A DNA stretch of 62,615 nt, counting the filler, from Coriobacteriales bacterium (lineage in GTDB: Bacteria > Actinomycetota > Coriobacteriia > Coriobacteriales > UBA8131), in NCBI GenBank assembly GCA_031263105.1. It is 7 parts of 7 records of this genome, joined end to end, with 100 filler letters (N's around TTAATTAATTAA, not from the genome) between each part and the next. Parts side by side here need not be neighbours in the genome. Positions count along the whole stretch, not along the records: positions 41,680 to 55,531 come from JAISGJ010000174.1; positions 55,632 to 58,813 come from JAISGJ010000031.1; 5 more parts are not named here. The stretch is one strand, 5' to 3'. Of the stretch, positions 46,456 to 55,778 are shown one piece after another. The notes under the pieces are model-generated. The model searched no databases, had not been told where the DNA came from, and saw only the letters and a program-made list of their open reading frames with translations. Position numbers and translations under genes: made by a program. Positions within the stretch are counted from its first letter, which is position 1, and every line of letters begins with the position of its first letter.

Positions 46456-46607
46456 TCGCAAAGGGGGGAGGAAGCGAAAGGGATTTCGCTTCCTCCCCCC
46501 TTGAACCCCCCCCCCCCCCCCCCTCCATCACTTTCGGCCTTGGGCGCGGGTTGCGCTCGCTGCGCTCGCGCTACGCGCCTGAGTCGGGGGCGGGGTCGTG
46601 GGTCGCG
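46456..46607. repeat. Family B hairpin repeat, copy 2
   Basis: Matches 25677-25811. The hairpin at 46461-46502 has compensatory changes relative to copy 1. Confidence 0.85.
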
Positions 46608-46666
46608 GTGCGGCGCTGCGCGCCTTGGGTAGGGCTGCGGGTCGCGAGGGCGTCCTTGGCAGAGGC

Positions 46667-48205
46667 TCAGCCGATGGGGAGGGTGAGGGCGTTGGCCTCG
46701 TCGGCGGTGAGGCCGTCGGTGTAGTAGCAGTACGAATAGGTCGTCGCCTGTGCCAGCTCCTCGTTGGTGGCGGCGTAGTAGTGCGTGCTCAGCACGATGA
46801 GGTTCTCGCCACGGTCGTACCATGAGGTCACGATGCCGAGGCGTTTTTCTGCGGTAAACGTCAGGCTCTCGGCGTCCTCGAGGACGAACTCGCCCGTCCC
46901 GTTGGTCAGGGAGCTGCCAGAGAGGTAGCCGTAGGGCTTCAGCTTGATGGTCACCGTCCCCTGCGCCACCTCATGGCTGACGACCGTCAGGCCGCCCAGT
47001 GCGCTGTCCGGCACCTGGGTGCCCACCTGCGAGAGGTCGTAGGAGCGGCGCTCGGGGGGGTCCGTGCCCCGCCGCGCGTCGATGATCGGTGTGACGGTCA
47101 CGCTTTGTGCCTGGGGGTCGAGGCCCACCAGTTCGAAGAGGTAGCTTTCGGGCACGTCGGCGTCCGGGGCGTCGATGGCGCGGATCGTGCCGCCGCGCAG
47201 CTGGGGTATCGCCGTGTTGCCCTTGTCGTCGGCGATCATGAAGGCGTCGATGCCGCCGGTTCCGTCGAGGGAGGCCGTCTGTATGCTGGCGACGACGCCG
47301 AAGGGGCTGAAGCTGATGCGGTCGATCGCGAGCTCGCGGGGGCCGTCGGCGGCCTCGAAGCGGTAGGTTCCCGGCTCGACGGTGCGCGTCAGGGCGGAGG
47401 GCGCGCCCTTGTCCACCGTCACCGCGAAGCCGCCATCCACGTTCGCATGGCGTATGGCAGGGGAGTCCGCCACGACCACCGTATCGCCGAACAGCCTGAT
47501 CTCCAGGTCGAAGACGTCGGGCAGCTCCGTGGCGAGCACCTTGTGCACCATGACGCCGACGGTGCGCTCGTCGATGTAGTAGGGGTCGCGCTCGAAGTCG
47601 CCGCCGCCTGCGCCGCCTGACGTGTTGGTGTGCGCCGTTATCTCCTTGCCGTCGACCGAGCAGGCAAGCTCGGGCGCCAACACCTGAAGGCCGATCCATT
47701 CCGGCATGTTGTCCTCGGAGCCGAGCGCCGCCCCGTCGATGGGCCTGTCGTAGCGGATCGTGAGGAAGGCGTTGAGGAAGTTGTCGTCCACCGCCAGGGT
47801 GTCGAGCGTGACGGTGCCGCCGTCGAAGGCGAGGGTCTGGCCCACGGGGGCGTTCGCTTTCTCGAGGTCGGCCTGCATGGCGGCGTAGTAGGTCGGCTTG
47901 TTGACGTCCTTCTCCGCAGGGGCCGCCACCTCGAAGAAGCCGATGCCGCCCTCGCCCATGTTGGCTATCAGGTTGCCCACCGCATAGGCGGAGGGTATGC
48001 CGACGGCCAGGACGGCGGCGGCCACCAGGGCCACGGTCAGCCTGCGCGGCATCCGGCGCTGCCTTCGCGGCACGGCCTCCGTCGCGTTGCCCAGCCTGTC
48101 GAGGACCTGCTGCTTGATGCGCCCTTCGTCGAAGGGGACCGGATCGAGTCCCAGGAGGCCCTGAAGCTCTCTGTTGCTGTTGTCGGTTCGGGTAGGGGTG
48201 TCCAT
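46667..48205 (-). CDS. Putative anti-sigma factor (DUF4179-like), single TM
   Basis: Short N-terminus, basic patch and one TM (VALVAAAVLAVG). Extracellular VGQT..GGTVTLDTLAVDDN and IDRISFSPFG. Starts 3 nt downstream of the ECF sigma gene. Confidence 0.72.
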   Translation of the reverse strand: MDTPTRTDNSNRELQGLLGLDPVPFDEGRIKQQVLDRLGNATEAVPRRQRRMPRRLTVALVAAAVLAVGIPSAYAVGNLIANMGEGGIGFFEVAAPAEKDVNKPTYYAAMQADLEKANAPVGQTLAFDGGTVTLDTLAVDDNFLNAFLTIRYDRPIDGAALGSEDNMPEWIGLQVLAPELACSVDGKEITAHTNTSGGAGGGDFERDPYYIDERTVGVMVHKVLATELPDVFDLEIRLFGDTVVVADSPAIRHANVDGGFAVTVDKGAPSALTRTVEPGTYRFEAADGPRELAIDRISFSPFGVVASIQTASLDGTGGIDAFMIADDKGNTAIPQLRGGTIRAIDAPDADVPESYLFELVGLDPQAQSVTVTPIIDARRGTDPPERRSYDLSQVGTQVPDSALGGLTVVSHEVAQGTVTIKLKPYGYLSGSSLTNGTGEFVLEDAESLTFTAEKRLGIVTSWYDRGENLIVLSTHYYAATNEELAQATTYSYCYYTDGLTADEANALTLPIG

Positions 48206-48208
48206 GGT

Positions 48209-48841
48209 CTAACCTCTGCTTTCCTTCAGGGTTCCCCGCCAGGTCAGGCGGCTGCGCAGCGTCTTGCGGCTGCGGTACAGGCGGCTTTTGACGGCCGGCG
48301 TGCTCAGGCCGGTCTCTTTGGCGATGGCCTCGACGGGCTCTCCGTCGCCGTAGCGGCGGCGCAGCAGGTCGCGGTCGGTGGCGCTCAGGCCTTCGAGTGC
48401 CTGGTCGAGCGGGCCCTCCTCCGTCCCGTCGGCGGCTTCGGCGAGGGTAGGGGCGAGGCCCGGGGCGAGGCTTGGAGAGAGGCTTGGGGAGAGGGCCGGG
48501 GCGCCTTCGCCCACCTCTGCCAAGGCCGCAAGCACCTGGTGCCCCTCAAGGCTCACGGACGGCCTGAACGAGCGGAGGCGTTTGAGCGAGGTGTTGCGCG
48601 CCACGACGGCGAGCCAGGGCTTGAGGGTGCTGTCCGGCACCAGCTTTGCCGCGTTCTTCCAGAGCGCGACGAAGGTGTCGGACGTGACCTCCTCTGCGTC
48701 CTCGCGGCTGCCGCTGCTGCCGAGCGTGTGCAGGGCGACTGCCATGACGTAGCCGCCGTACTGCTCGATGACGGCCTCCAGTGCGCGGAGGTCGTGCCGT
48801 TGCAGCGCCTTGAGCAATGCGTGTTGGTTGCGAAATCCCAT
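48209..48841 (-). CDS. ECF-type RNA polymerase sigma-70 factor
   Basis: RBS GAAAGGAG. Region 2 DAEEVTSDTFVALW..LKPWLAVVARN and region 4 IAKETGLSTPAVKSRLYRSRKTLR. Confidence 0.92.
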   Translation of the reverse strand: MGFRNQHALLKALQRHDLRALEAVIEQYGGYVMAVALHTLGSSGSREDAEEVTSDTFVALWKNAAKLVPDSTLKPWLAVVARNTSLKRLRSFRPSVSLEGHQVLAALAEVGEGAPALSPSLSPSLAPGLAPTLAEAADGTEEGPLDQALEGLSATDRDLLRRRYGDGEPVEAIAKETGLSTPAVKSRLYRSRKTLRSRLTWRGTLKESRG

Positions 48842-48957
48842 CGGATATGCGCTCCTTTCGTCGGGGTCGGAACATGCCGGCACTATAGGAACCCCGGGAA
48901 CAGTCCAAAGGTAGCACATCGGGAGGAAAAAGACAGAAACCTATGGCGGATTTACGT

Positions 48958-49176
48958 GTTGCTGTTCGCACCCCCACTGTCATTTCGAGCGCAGCGAAGG
49001 TCCTTCGCTGCGCTCAGGATAAACTCCGTCGAGGAATCCTCGGCTGTGAAGCAGCCGACCGCAGTCCGATGCGCCTTTCGTCCGTGGTCGACCGCTGCGC
49101 GGTCGAAGATCCCTCGGCAGGCTCGGGATGACAGTGGGTGGCAGGCTCGGGATGACAGTGGGGTACGAACAGCAAC
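48958..49176. repeat. Family A element between divergent genes, with a duplicated right end
   Basis: GTTGCTGTTCGCACCCCCACTGTCAT ... GGCAGGCTCGGGATGACAGTGGG x2 ... GTACGAACAGCAAC. Confidence 0.87.
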
Positions 49177-49179
49177 TAC

Positions 49180-49208
49180 TTGACTGCGCCGTAGGGTAGG
49201 GCTACAAT
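49180..49208 (+). promoter_or_regulatory. Sigma-70 promoter of the fur/zur-znuACB operon
   Basis: TTGACT(49180-49185)-17 bp-TACAAT(49203-49208). Confidence 0.75.
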
Positions 49209-49217
49209 GCTTTTTTG

Positions 49218-49240
49218 AATTTGATATCTTGTCTCAAATT
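49218..49240. promoter_or_regulatory. Fur/Zur-type operator
   Basis: AT-rich inverted repeat AATTTGATA-TCTTG-TCTCAAATT (one mismatch), lying between the -10 and the RBS of a Fur-family gene. Confidence 0.7.
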
Positions 49241-49256
49241 TATGGAAAGGTGGGTT

Positions 49257-49754
49257 ATGGCTCCTCCGTCAAGCTATGCGACACGTCAGCGCGAGGCTCT
49301 GGACGCCTATCTGCACTCGTTGGGCGGGAGGCACGTCAGCGCCGAGGACATCGTCGCGCACTTCGCGGCCACCCCCGAGCCCATAGGGAGGGCGACCGTC
49401 TACCGCCATCTGCGGAGGCTGGAGGAGAGCGGCAGCATCCAGCGTTACGTGACGGACGGCAGGAAGGCGTCCTGCTTCCGGTACCTCGATGCCGCCGCCG
49501 CGCCCGAGGGGCACTTCCATCTCCAATGCGAGCGCTGCGGGACGCTGCGGCACATCCAGTGCCATACACTCAATGGCATGGAGGGCCACATCGAGGACGA
49601 GCACGGCTTCAAGGTGAACCCCTTGCGGACGGTGTTCTACGGAATCTGCCATGACTGCGAAGGCACAGGAAAGGTTCGACCGTCCAGTGGACGGTCGAAG
49701 GAGCAGCGAGCCTGCGACCCCCACCCACGAAGCCAAGGCTTCGCGGGGCCCTGA
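49257..49754 (+). CDS. zur: Fur-family transcriptional repressor (probably Zur)
   Basis: TRQREAL, HVSAEDI, IGRATVYRHL, HFHLQCERCG and FYGICHDC. Heads a Zn/Mn ABC operon. The C-terminal tail runs through a palindromic repeat. Confidence 0.85.
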   Translation: MAPPSSYATRQREALDAYLHSLGGRHVSAEDIVAHFAATPEPIGRATVYRHLRRLEESGSIQRYVTDGRKASCFRYLDAAAAPEGHFHLQCERCGTLRHIQCHTLNGMEGHIEDEHGFKVNPLRTVFYGICHDCEGTGKVRPSSGRSKEQRACDPHPRSQGFAGP

Positions 49755-49921
49755 GGGGAAGCGCGACGAGTGAGTTGGCGAACGCAGGAAGGCAACGATC
49801 GAGAGAAACGTATGAAAGGTTCGACCGTCCAGTGGACGGTCGAAGGAGCAGCGAGCCTGCGAGTGCGACGAGTGAGTTGGCGAACGCAGGAAGGCAACGA
49901 TCGAGAGAAACGTATGAAAGG
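49669..49921. repeat. Interleaved duplication (A-B-A-B) containing a perfect 25-bp palindrome
   Basis: Unit A at 49669-49717 and 49814-49862 contains TTCGACCGTCCA-G-TGGACGGTCGAA. Unit B is at 49763-49819 and 49865-49921. Confidence 0.85.
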
Positions 49922-49928
49922 AGAGGCG

Positions 49929-50945
49929 ATGAGGACACACGAGGACGGGGCGGCGGCTTCTGGGGAGGGCGTCCGCGCCCTTCTCTCCTTTGCCCTTACG
50001 GCGCTGCTGGCTGCGGCGCTTCTGTTGGTGGGCTGCGCCGCTGCCAAGGACGCGCCTGCAGGGGATGCGCCTGCTGCGGGCGACGACGGGCGCATCAGCG
50101 TGATTGCGACGATATTTGCGCCCTACGACTTTGCGCGGCAGGTCGCCGGGGGCCGGGCCGAGCTGCGCATGCTGGTGTCGCCCGGCATCGAGACCCATTC
50201 CTTCGAGCCGACGCCGCAGGACATCCTCGACATCGAGGGCTGCGACCTGTTCGTCTACGTCGGCGGCGAGTCGGACGAGTGGGTCGCGGACCTGCTCTCG
50301 TCGGTGGACACCTCCGCCGTGACCGTGATCCGGCTCATCGACTGCGTCGAGACGGTCGCGGAGGACGACTCCGTCCTCGTGAACCCCGCCGAGGCCGAGG
50401 AGGAAGAGGAGGAGGGTGCGCCGGACGAGCATGTCTGGACGGCGCCGGCGAACGCGAGGCTCATCACCGAGGCGCTCGCTTCCGCCTTCGAGCGGACGGA
50501 CCCCGGCAACGCGTCGGCCTATCAGGCGAACGCGGACGCGTACCTTGCACAGCTCGACGCGCTGGACGCGCGCTTCAAGGAGGTCGCCCTGGGCGGCGAG
50601 CGCAGGACGCTCGTCTTCGGCGACCGCTTCCCCTTCCGGTATTTCGCGGACGCCTACGGGCTGACCTGCTACGCCGCCTTCCCCGGCTGCTCGACGGCCA
50701 CCGAGGCGAGCGCCCAGACGGTCGCCGCGCTCATCGACACCGTAAAGCGCGAGGGCGTCCCCGTCGTCTTCTACCGCGAGCTCTCGAGCCCCGGGATCGC
50801 CGAGGCGATAGCGGAGGCGACCGGCGCGCGCGCGCTGCTGCTCCACTCGTGCCACAACATCAGCCAGGAGGACTTCGACGCAGGCGAGACCTACGTGAGC
50901 ATCATGGGGCGCAACGCGGACAACCTCGCTCTCGCGCTGGGTTAG
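49929..50945 (+). CDS. znuA: Zn/Mn ABC transporter substrate-binding lipoprotein
   Basis: Lipobox LVGC, ETHSFEPTPQD, DEHVWT, GDRFPFRYF and LHSCHN. Confidence 0.9.
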   Translation: MRTHEDGAAASGEGVRALLSFALTALLAAALLLVGCAAAKDAPAGDAPAAGDDGRISVIATIFAPYDFARQVAGGRAELRMLVSPGIETHSFEPTPQDILDIEGCDLFVYVGGESDEWVADLLSSVDTSAVTVIRLIDCVETVAEDDSVLVNPAEAEEEEEEGAPDEHVWTAPANARLITEALASAFERTDPGNASAYQANADAYLAQLDALDARFKEVALGGERRTLVFGDRFPFRYFADAYGLTCYAAFPGCSTATEASAQTVAALIDTVKREGVPVVFYRELSSPGIAEAIAEATGARALLLHSCHNISQEDFDAGETYVSIMGRNADNLALALG

Positions 50946-50973
50946 GACAGAGGGACAAGGACTGGGTCGAGCC

Positions 50974-51792
50974 ATGTCGTCTGCCGCCCCCGCCTCGCCC
51001 GCCGCCGTGGCTCCCGCGCCGCCCGCCCCCGCCCCTGCCCCGCTTCTCACCTGCACGGACGTCGGCTTCTGCTACGAGGGGCAGATGGCGGTCTCGGGCA
51101 TCACCTGCACGGTGGCGCCCGGGGACTACCTCTGCATCGTCGGCGAGAACGGCAGCGGGAAGACCACCTTGGTGCGCGGCATACTGGGGCTGCTCAGGCC
51201 CTGCGAGGGCACGATAGCCCTCTGCGGCGGCCTGCGTCCCGCCGACATCGGCTACCTTCCCCAGCAGAGCGCGATACAGCGGGGGTTCCCTGCGAGCGTG
51301 CAGGAGGTCGTGCTCTCGGGGAGGCTCGGCCGCCTCGGCCTGTCGCCGCTGTACGTGCGCCGCGACCGCGAGGCCGCCCAGGGCGCGCTCCGCCTCCTCG
51401 GCATCGAGGGGCTCGCGAAGGCCGGCTTCTCGCAGCTCTCGGGAGGCCAGCAGCAGCGGGTGCTGCTGGCACGCGCGCTCTGCGCGGCCGATGACGGCCT
51501 GCGGATCCTCATACTGGACGAGCCGATGAACGGGCTCGACCCCCACGTCAAGCATGAGATGTACGCCTGCATCGCCGCCCTCAACGAGCGGCAGGGCATC
51601 GCTGTCGTGATGGTCACGCACGACGTCCAGACCGCCGTGAGGCATGCGCGGCACATGCTCGTCCTCAACGGCAGGCAGGAGTTCTTCGGCACCACGCACG
51701 ACTTCGAGCACACCCGCATCGGCTCTGAGCTCCTGCGTGACGCCTGCGGCGGCACCTGCGCCGTCTGCGGCCTCGCGAGGGGGGAGGGCTGA
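50974..51792 (+). CDS. znuC: Zn/Mn ABC transporter ATP-binding protein
   Basis: GENGSGKTT, GYLPQ, LSGGQQQRVLLARAL, LDEP and VTHD. Confidence 0.92.
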   Translation: MSSAAPASPAAVAPAPPAPAPAPLLTCTDVGFCYEGQMAVSGITCTVAPGDYLCIVGENGSGKTTLVRGILGLLRPCEGTIALCGGLRPADIGYLPQQSAIQRGFPASVQEVVLSGRLGRLGLSPLYVRRDREAAQGALRLLGIEGLAKAGFSQLSGGQQQRVLLARALCAADDGLRILILDEPMNGLDPHVKHEMYACIAALNERQGIAVVMVTHDVQTAVRHARHMLVLNGRQEFFGTTHDFEHTRIGSELLRDACGGTCAVCGLARGEG

Positions 51793-51797
51793 GCAGC

Positions 51798-52640
51798 ATG
51801 GGGATCATCGACGCCCTCCTGGACACCGTGGGGCAGTTCCTCAGCTACACCTTCCTGCTGCGCGCGCTCGTCGTCGGCCTGCTGGTCTCGCTCTGCGCCT
51901 CGGTGCTCGGCGTCAGCCTCGTCCTCAAGCGCTTCTCCATGATAGGCGACGGCCTCTCCCACGTCGGCTTCGGCTCGCTGGCCGTCGCGACGGCGTTCGG
52001 CTGGGCGCCGCTGGCGGTCTCCCTGCCCGTCGTCATGGCGGCGGCCTTCCTGCTCCTGTGGCTCAGCGAGCGGGGGAGGATAAAAGGCGACGCCGCCATC
52101 GCCCTCATATCCGCCAGCGCGCTCGCCATCGGCGTCTTCGTCGTCTCGATGTCCACGGGCATGAACACGGACGTGGACAACTACCTCTTCGGCTCCATAC
52201 TCGCGCTCACCCACGAGGACGTGGTGCTGAGCGTCGCCTTGAGCCTCGTCGTCCTCGTGGTGTTCTCCCTGTTCTACCATAAGATATTCGCGGTCACCTT
52301 CGACGAGCCCTACGCCCGCGCGACCGGCATACCGGTGGGCTTCTACAACGCGGCGCTCGCCCTGCTCACGGCCCTGACCATCGTGGTGGGGATGAGGATG
52401 ATGGGCGCGCTGCTCATCTCGTCGCTGGTGATATTCCCCGCGCTCTCGTCCATGTGGGTCTGTAGGCGCTTCTCGGCCGTGACGGTCTCGGCCGCCCTCG
52501 TCTCGGTCGTGTGCTACCTCGTCGGCCTCTTCGTCTCCTTCACCTGCCAGGCCCCCGCCGGCGCGAGCATCGTGCTCGCCAACCTCGTGGCCTTCCTCGT
52601 GTTCTACGCCCTTCACCGCCTGCGCCGCATGCTCGGCTGA
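51798..52640 (+). CDS. znuB: Zn/Mn ABC transporter permease
   Basis: LVLKRFSMIGDGLSHVGF, YLFGSILA, TFDEPYARATGI and MGALLISSL. Confidence 0.92.
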   Translation: MGIIDALLDTVGQFLSYTFLLRALVVGLLVSLCASVLGVSLVLKRFSMIGDGLSHVGFGSLAVATAFGWAPLAVSLPVVMAAAFLLLWLSERGRIKGDAAIALISASALAIGVFVVSMSTGMNTDVDNYLFGSILALTHEDVVLSVALSLVVLVVFSLFYHKIFAVTFDEPYARATGIPVGFYNAALALLTALTIVVGMRMMGALLISSLVIFPALSSMWVCRRFSAVTVSAALVSVVCYLVGLFVSFTCQAPAGASIVLANLVAFLVFYALHRLRRMLG

Positions 52641-52642
52641 GG

Positions 52643-52967
52643 CACTGTCATTCCGAGTCCTTCGGCTGCGCTCAGGATAAACTCCGCCGAGGAATCTTCG
52701 GCTGCGAAGCAGCCGACTGCGGGCAGATGCGTCCCCCCGGCCGCAGTTGGGCGCTGGCGCGTTCCGTGGGCCTGTCGGCCCGTCCTCGCTGAAAACGCGG
52801 TGCGTTTTCCGGGCGCTCGGGTCCCGTGGGCCTTCCGGCCCGTCCTCGCTGAAAACGCGGTGCGTTTTCCGGGCGCTCGGACCCAAGGATTCCTCGACGG
52901 AGTTTATCCTGAGCGCAGAGAAGGACCTTCGCTTCGCTCGGAATGACAGTGGGGTGTGTACAGTAAC
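52643..52967. repeat. Family A element with duplicated core module
   Basis: CACTGTCATTCCGAG ... (GGCCCGTCCTCGCTGAAAACGCGGTGCGTTTTCCGGGCGCTCGG) x2 ... CTCGGAATGACAGTGGGGTGTGTACAGTAAC. Confidence 0.88.
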
Positions 52968-53006
52968 ATATTTTCGTCCAATCGGATTGTAATTGTCTGA
53001 ATAGAG

Positions 53007-53087
53007 TTGTAGCGGCAGAAGCAGTCATGGTATGCTGACGCAAGTTAGAAATTTCTAACACTAACCATATGGCTAGCTGCGGCTAAC
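53007..53087 (+). promoter_or_regulatory. Promoter and paired GTTAG-N6-CTAAC operator sites of the ECF transporter operon
   Basis: TTGTAG-18-TATGCT (53007-53036) with a TG extension. Perfect palindrome GTTAGAAATTTCTAAC (53044-53059) and degenerate GCTAG-CTGCGG-CTAAC (53072-53087). Confidence 0.6.
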
Positions 53088-53174
53088 TGAGGGAACGGGC
53101 ATTCTGAATTTGATGGAGAGAGGTCCAGCTGTTCAAGATATCACCCTGAAATGCACAAGGAGGGAGAACGTTTT

Positions 53175-53768
53175 GTGAAAAAATCCGACAATCGGCTTAA
53201 CCCTAAGGATCTTATCAACATCGGTATTTTCACAGCGATTTACTTTGTCATCATGTTTGCGGTCGCATGTCTCGGCTATATCCCCATCTTCATGCCTGCG
53301 CTGGCGGCGCTTTGCCCCTTGGCGGGCGGGATTCCCTTCATGCTGTTCGTCACAAAGGTGCGCAAATTCGGTGCGATGCTGATCATGATTGTTATTATCG
53401 GAATTTTTTATTTGGTCATGGGAACGTCACCTTGGACTTTGCCCCTTGGCGTCGTGGTAGCGCTTGTCGCCGAACTCATTGTCAAATCTGGCAAGTACCA
53501 AAGCGCGAAGAAGGCGGTTATTGCCTATGGCGTTTGGTGCATCTCGATCTTTGGCAACTTTGTACCGACGTTCTTTGCGCGTGCCGCCTACTACGAAAGA
53601 ATGATAAGTGGCGGCTATGGCCAGGAATTCGCCGACGCCTATATGCGCTATATGCCGGAGTGGATCGCTCCCGTTCTTTTGGTCGCTTGTTTTGTGTTCG
53701 GTGTCTTAGGCGGGCTCATCGGGCGCGCGGTGCTGAAAAAACACTTCGCGCGCGCAGGTATGGCTTGA
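53175..53768 (+). CDS. MptD-family putative ECF transporter S component
   Basis: GTG after AAGGAGGGAG. LNPKDLINIGIFTAIYF, GIPFMLFVTKVRKFG and C-terminal LKKHFARAG. Confidence 0.85.
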   Translation: MKKSDNRLNPKDLINIGIFTAIYFVIMFAVACLGYIPIFMPALAALCPLAGGIPFMLFVTKVRKFGAMLIMIVIIGIFYLVMGTSPWTLPLGVVVALVAELIVKSGKYQSAKKAVIAYGVWCISIFGNFVPTFFARAAYYERMISGGYGQEFADAYMRYMPEWIAPVLLVACFVFGVLGGLIGRAVLKKHFARAGMA

Positions 53769-54499
53769 TGACGACGGAGCTTTTACGTGGAGACGCCTAT
53801 CAAGGGCTACGGCTTGATCCGCGCACAAAGCTGCTCATGGTCATCACCATAGGCATTATATTGAGCACTGGCGGCTACGGCGGGTTGATGACCTACGTTC
53901 GCCCGGCGTTGGCAGCAATGCCGCTGCTGCTCCTGCTGCTTTCAAAACGTTTTGGTGTGGCGCTGTTTTACGCATGTGCCTTTTCGGCTGCCTATCTCTC
54001 TGAGGCTTTCCTCCTCTCGCAGGTGGGCGGGTTGCTCAATTTCCTTTTGCTTGCAACCGTCGGCATACTTGCCCGATTCATGCCGAGCATCATGATGGGA
54101 TATTTTCTCGTATCCACCACCACGGTGAGCGACTTCATGGCCGCCATGCGAAACATGCGCATGACTGAGAAGATCACCATTCCGCTTTCTGTGATGTTTC
54201 GCTTCTTCCCTACCGTTCGGGAAGAATCCGCTGCTATCGGCGACGCGATGCGGATGCGCGGTGTCTCTCTCGCGGGCGGCAAGCCGGTGAAAATGCTGGA
54301 ATACCGCTTTGTGCCGATGATGATGTGCAGCCTTAAAATAGGAGAAGAGCTCTCCGCCGCCGCGCTTACGCGAGGTCTCGGTGCTCCGATCACGCGCACG
54401 AACATCTGCAAAATCGGTTTTCATGCGCAAGACTATGTAGGTATGGTGCTCTGTGTTATCAGCTTTGCAGTGTACATCCAGTGGCTGACAGCAACGTAA
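53768..54499 (+). CDS. ECF transporter transmembrane T component
   Basis: TGATG coupling. LDPRTKL, SVMFRFFPT, AMRMRG and AALTRG (two x-R-G motifs). Confidence 0.9.
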   Translation: MTTELLRGDAYQGLRLDPRTKLLMVITIGIILSTGGYGGLMTYVRPALAAMPLLLLLLSKRFGVALFYACAFSAAYLSEAFLLSQVGGLLNFLLLATVGILARFMPSIMMGYFLVSTTTVSDFMAAMRNMRMTEKITIPLSVMFRFFPTVREESAAIGDAMRMRGVSLAGGKPVKMLEYRFVPMMMCSLKIGEELSAAALTRGLGAPITRTNICKIGFHAQDYVGMVLCVISFAVYIQWLTAT

Positions 54500-54503
54500 G
54501 AGA

Positions 54504-55531
54504 GTGCCGATGATACGGCTGAAAGACGTTTCATTCACGTATCTGAGCTCCGCCAAGGAAGGCGCTCTGCACGGCGTTTCGCTCGATATTCGGCATGGAG
54601 AATGCATGCTGCTCTGCGGCGAATCCGGTTGTGGCAAGACTACGCTTACAAGACTGATAAACGGATTGATACCCCATTTTTACGAAGGGGAACTTCAAGG
54701 AGAAATCTGGGTAGACGGTAGAAGTATCCCCGAAACACAGCTTTATGAGTTGGCGGGGGTTTGCGGGACGGTGTTTCAAAACCCACGTAGCCAATTCTTC
54801 AATGTGGATACCACAGGGGAAATCGCATTCGGACCGGAGAACCTCGGCTTGCCGGAGGAAGAAATCCTCTCCCGTATGGGCTCTGTGGCGCGGGAGATGA
54901 AGGTGCAGCACCTCTTGGGGCGCAGCATCTTCAAGCTTTCGGGCGGGGAAAAGCAAAAAATCGCCTGCGCGTCAGTCGCTGCGCTTCGCCCGGAAATCTA
55001 TGTGTTAGATGAGCCGTCCTCCAATCTGGACAGGGCGGCAGTGGCGGATTTACGGCATCACATAGCGCTATGGAAATCGCAGGGGAAAACAATAATCATC
55101 GCCGAGCATCGCCTGCATTACCTGCGGGGGCTGTGCGATCGGGTACTCTATCTGAGCAAAGGGGTAATCGAAGGCGAATATACATGGAAGGAATTTGAGC
55201 GCATTCCCGCAGAGCAGCGCTCCGCTATGGGACTGCGAGTTTTGTCGCTTGATGAACTCCGTGAAACGCAAAACGTGTCGGCAAATCACGGAGACGATGT
55301 GCTTGAGCTTTCGAATTTCATCTATACCTATAAACGCGGTCAAAAAGCGATGGATATTCCCTCCCTGACTCTTTTCAAGGGTGGCACGATAGCAATCGTC
55401 GGGTTAAACGGTGCGGGAAAATCCACTTTCGCCCGTTGTTTGTGCGGATTGAACAAACGCTTTCGCGGAACACTTACTTTGAATGGGCGGGCGCTTGTCA
55501 GTGGAGCACGGCGAAAGAAATGCTTTATGGT
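54504..55531 (+). CDS. ECF transporter ATPase with duplicated ABC domains, truncated by contig end
   Basis: GESGCGKTT, VFQNPRSQFF, LSGGEKQK, LDEPSSNLD and a second Walker A GLNGAGKST. Confidence 0.9.
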
Positions 55532-55631
55532 NNNNNNNNNNNNNNNNNNNNNNNNNNNNNNNNNNNNNNNNNNNNTTAATTAATTAANNNNNNNNNNNNN
55601 NNNNNNNNNNNNNNNNNNNNNNNNNNNNNNN
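55532..55631. other. Artificial contig spacer
   Basis: N run with TTAATTAATTAA. Confidence 0.98.
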
Positions 55632-55651
55632 CCCCCCCCGCCCCCCCCCCG

Positions 55652-55695
<44 letters not shown>

Positions 55696-55778
55696 CCCCC
55701 CCCCCCCCCCCCCCCCCCCCCCCGCCACGACAGGGGGGGAGTGAACGGTAACGAGGACGCCGTCCTCTACGAATACGG

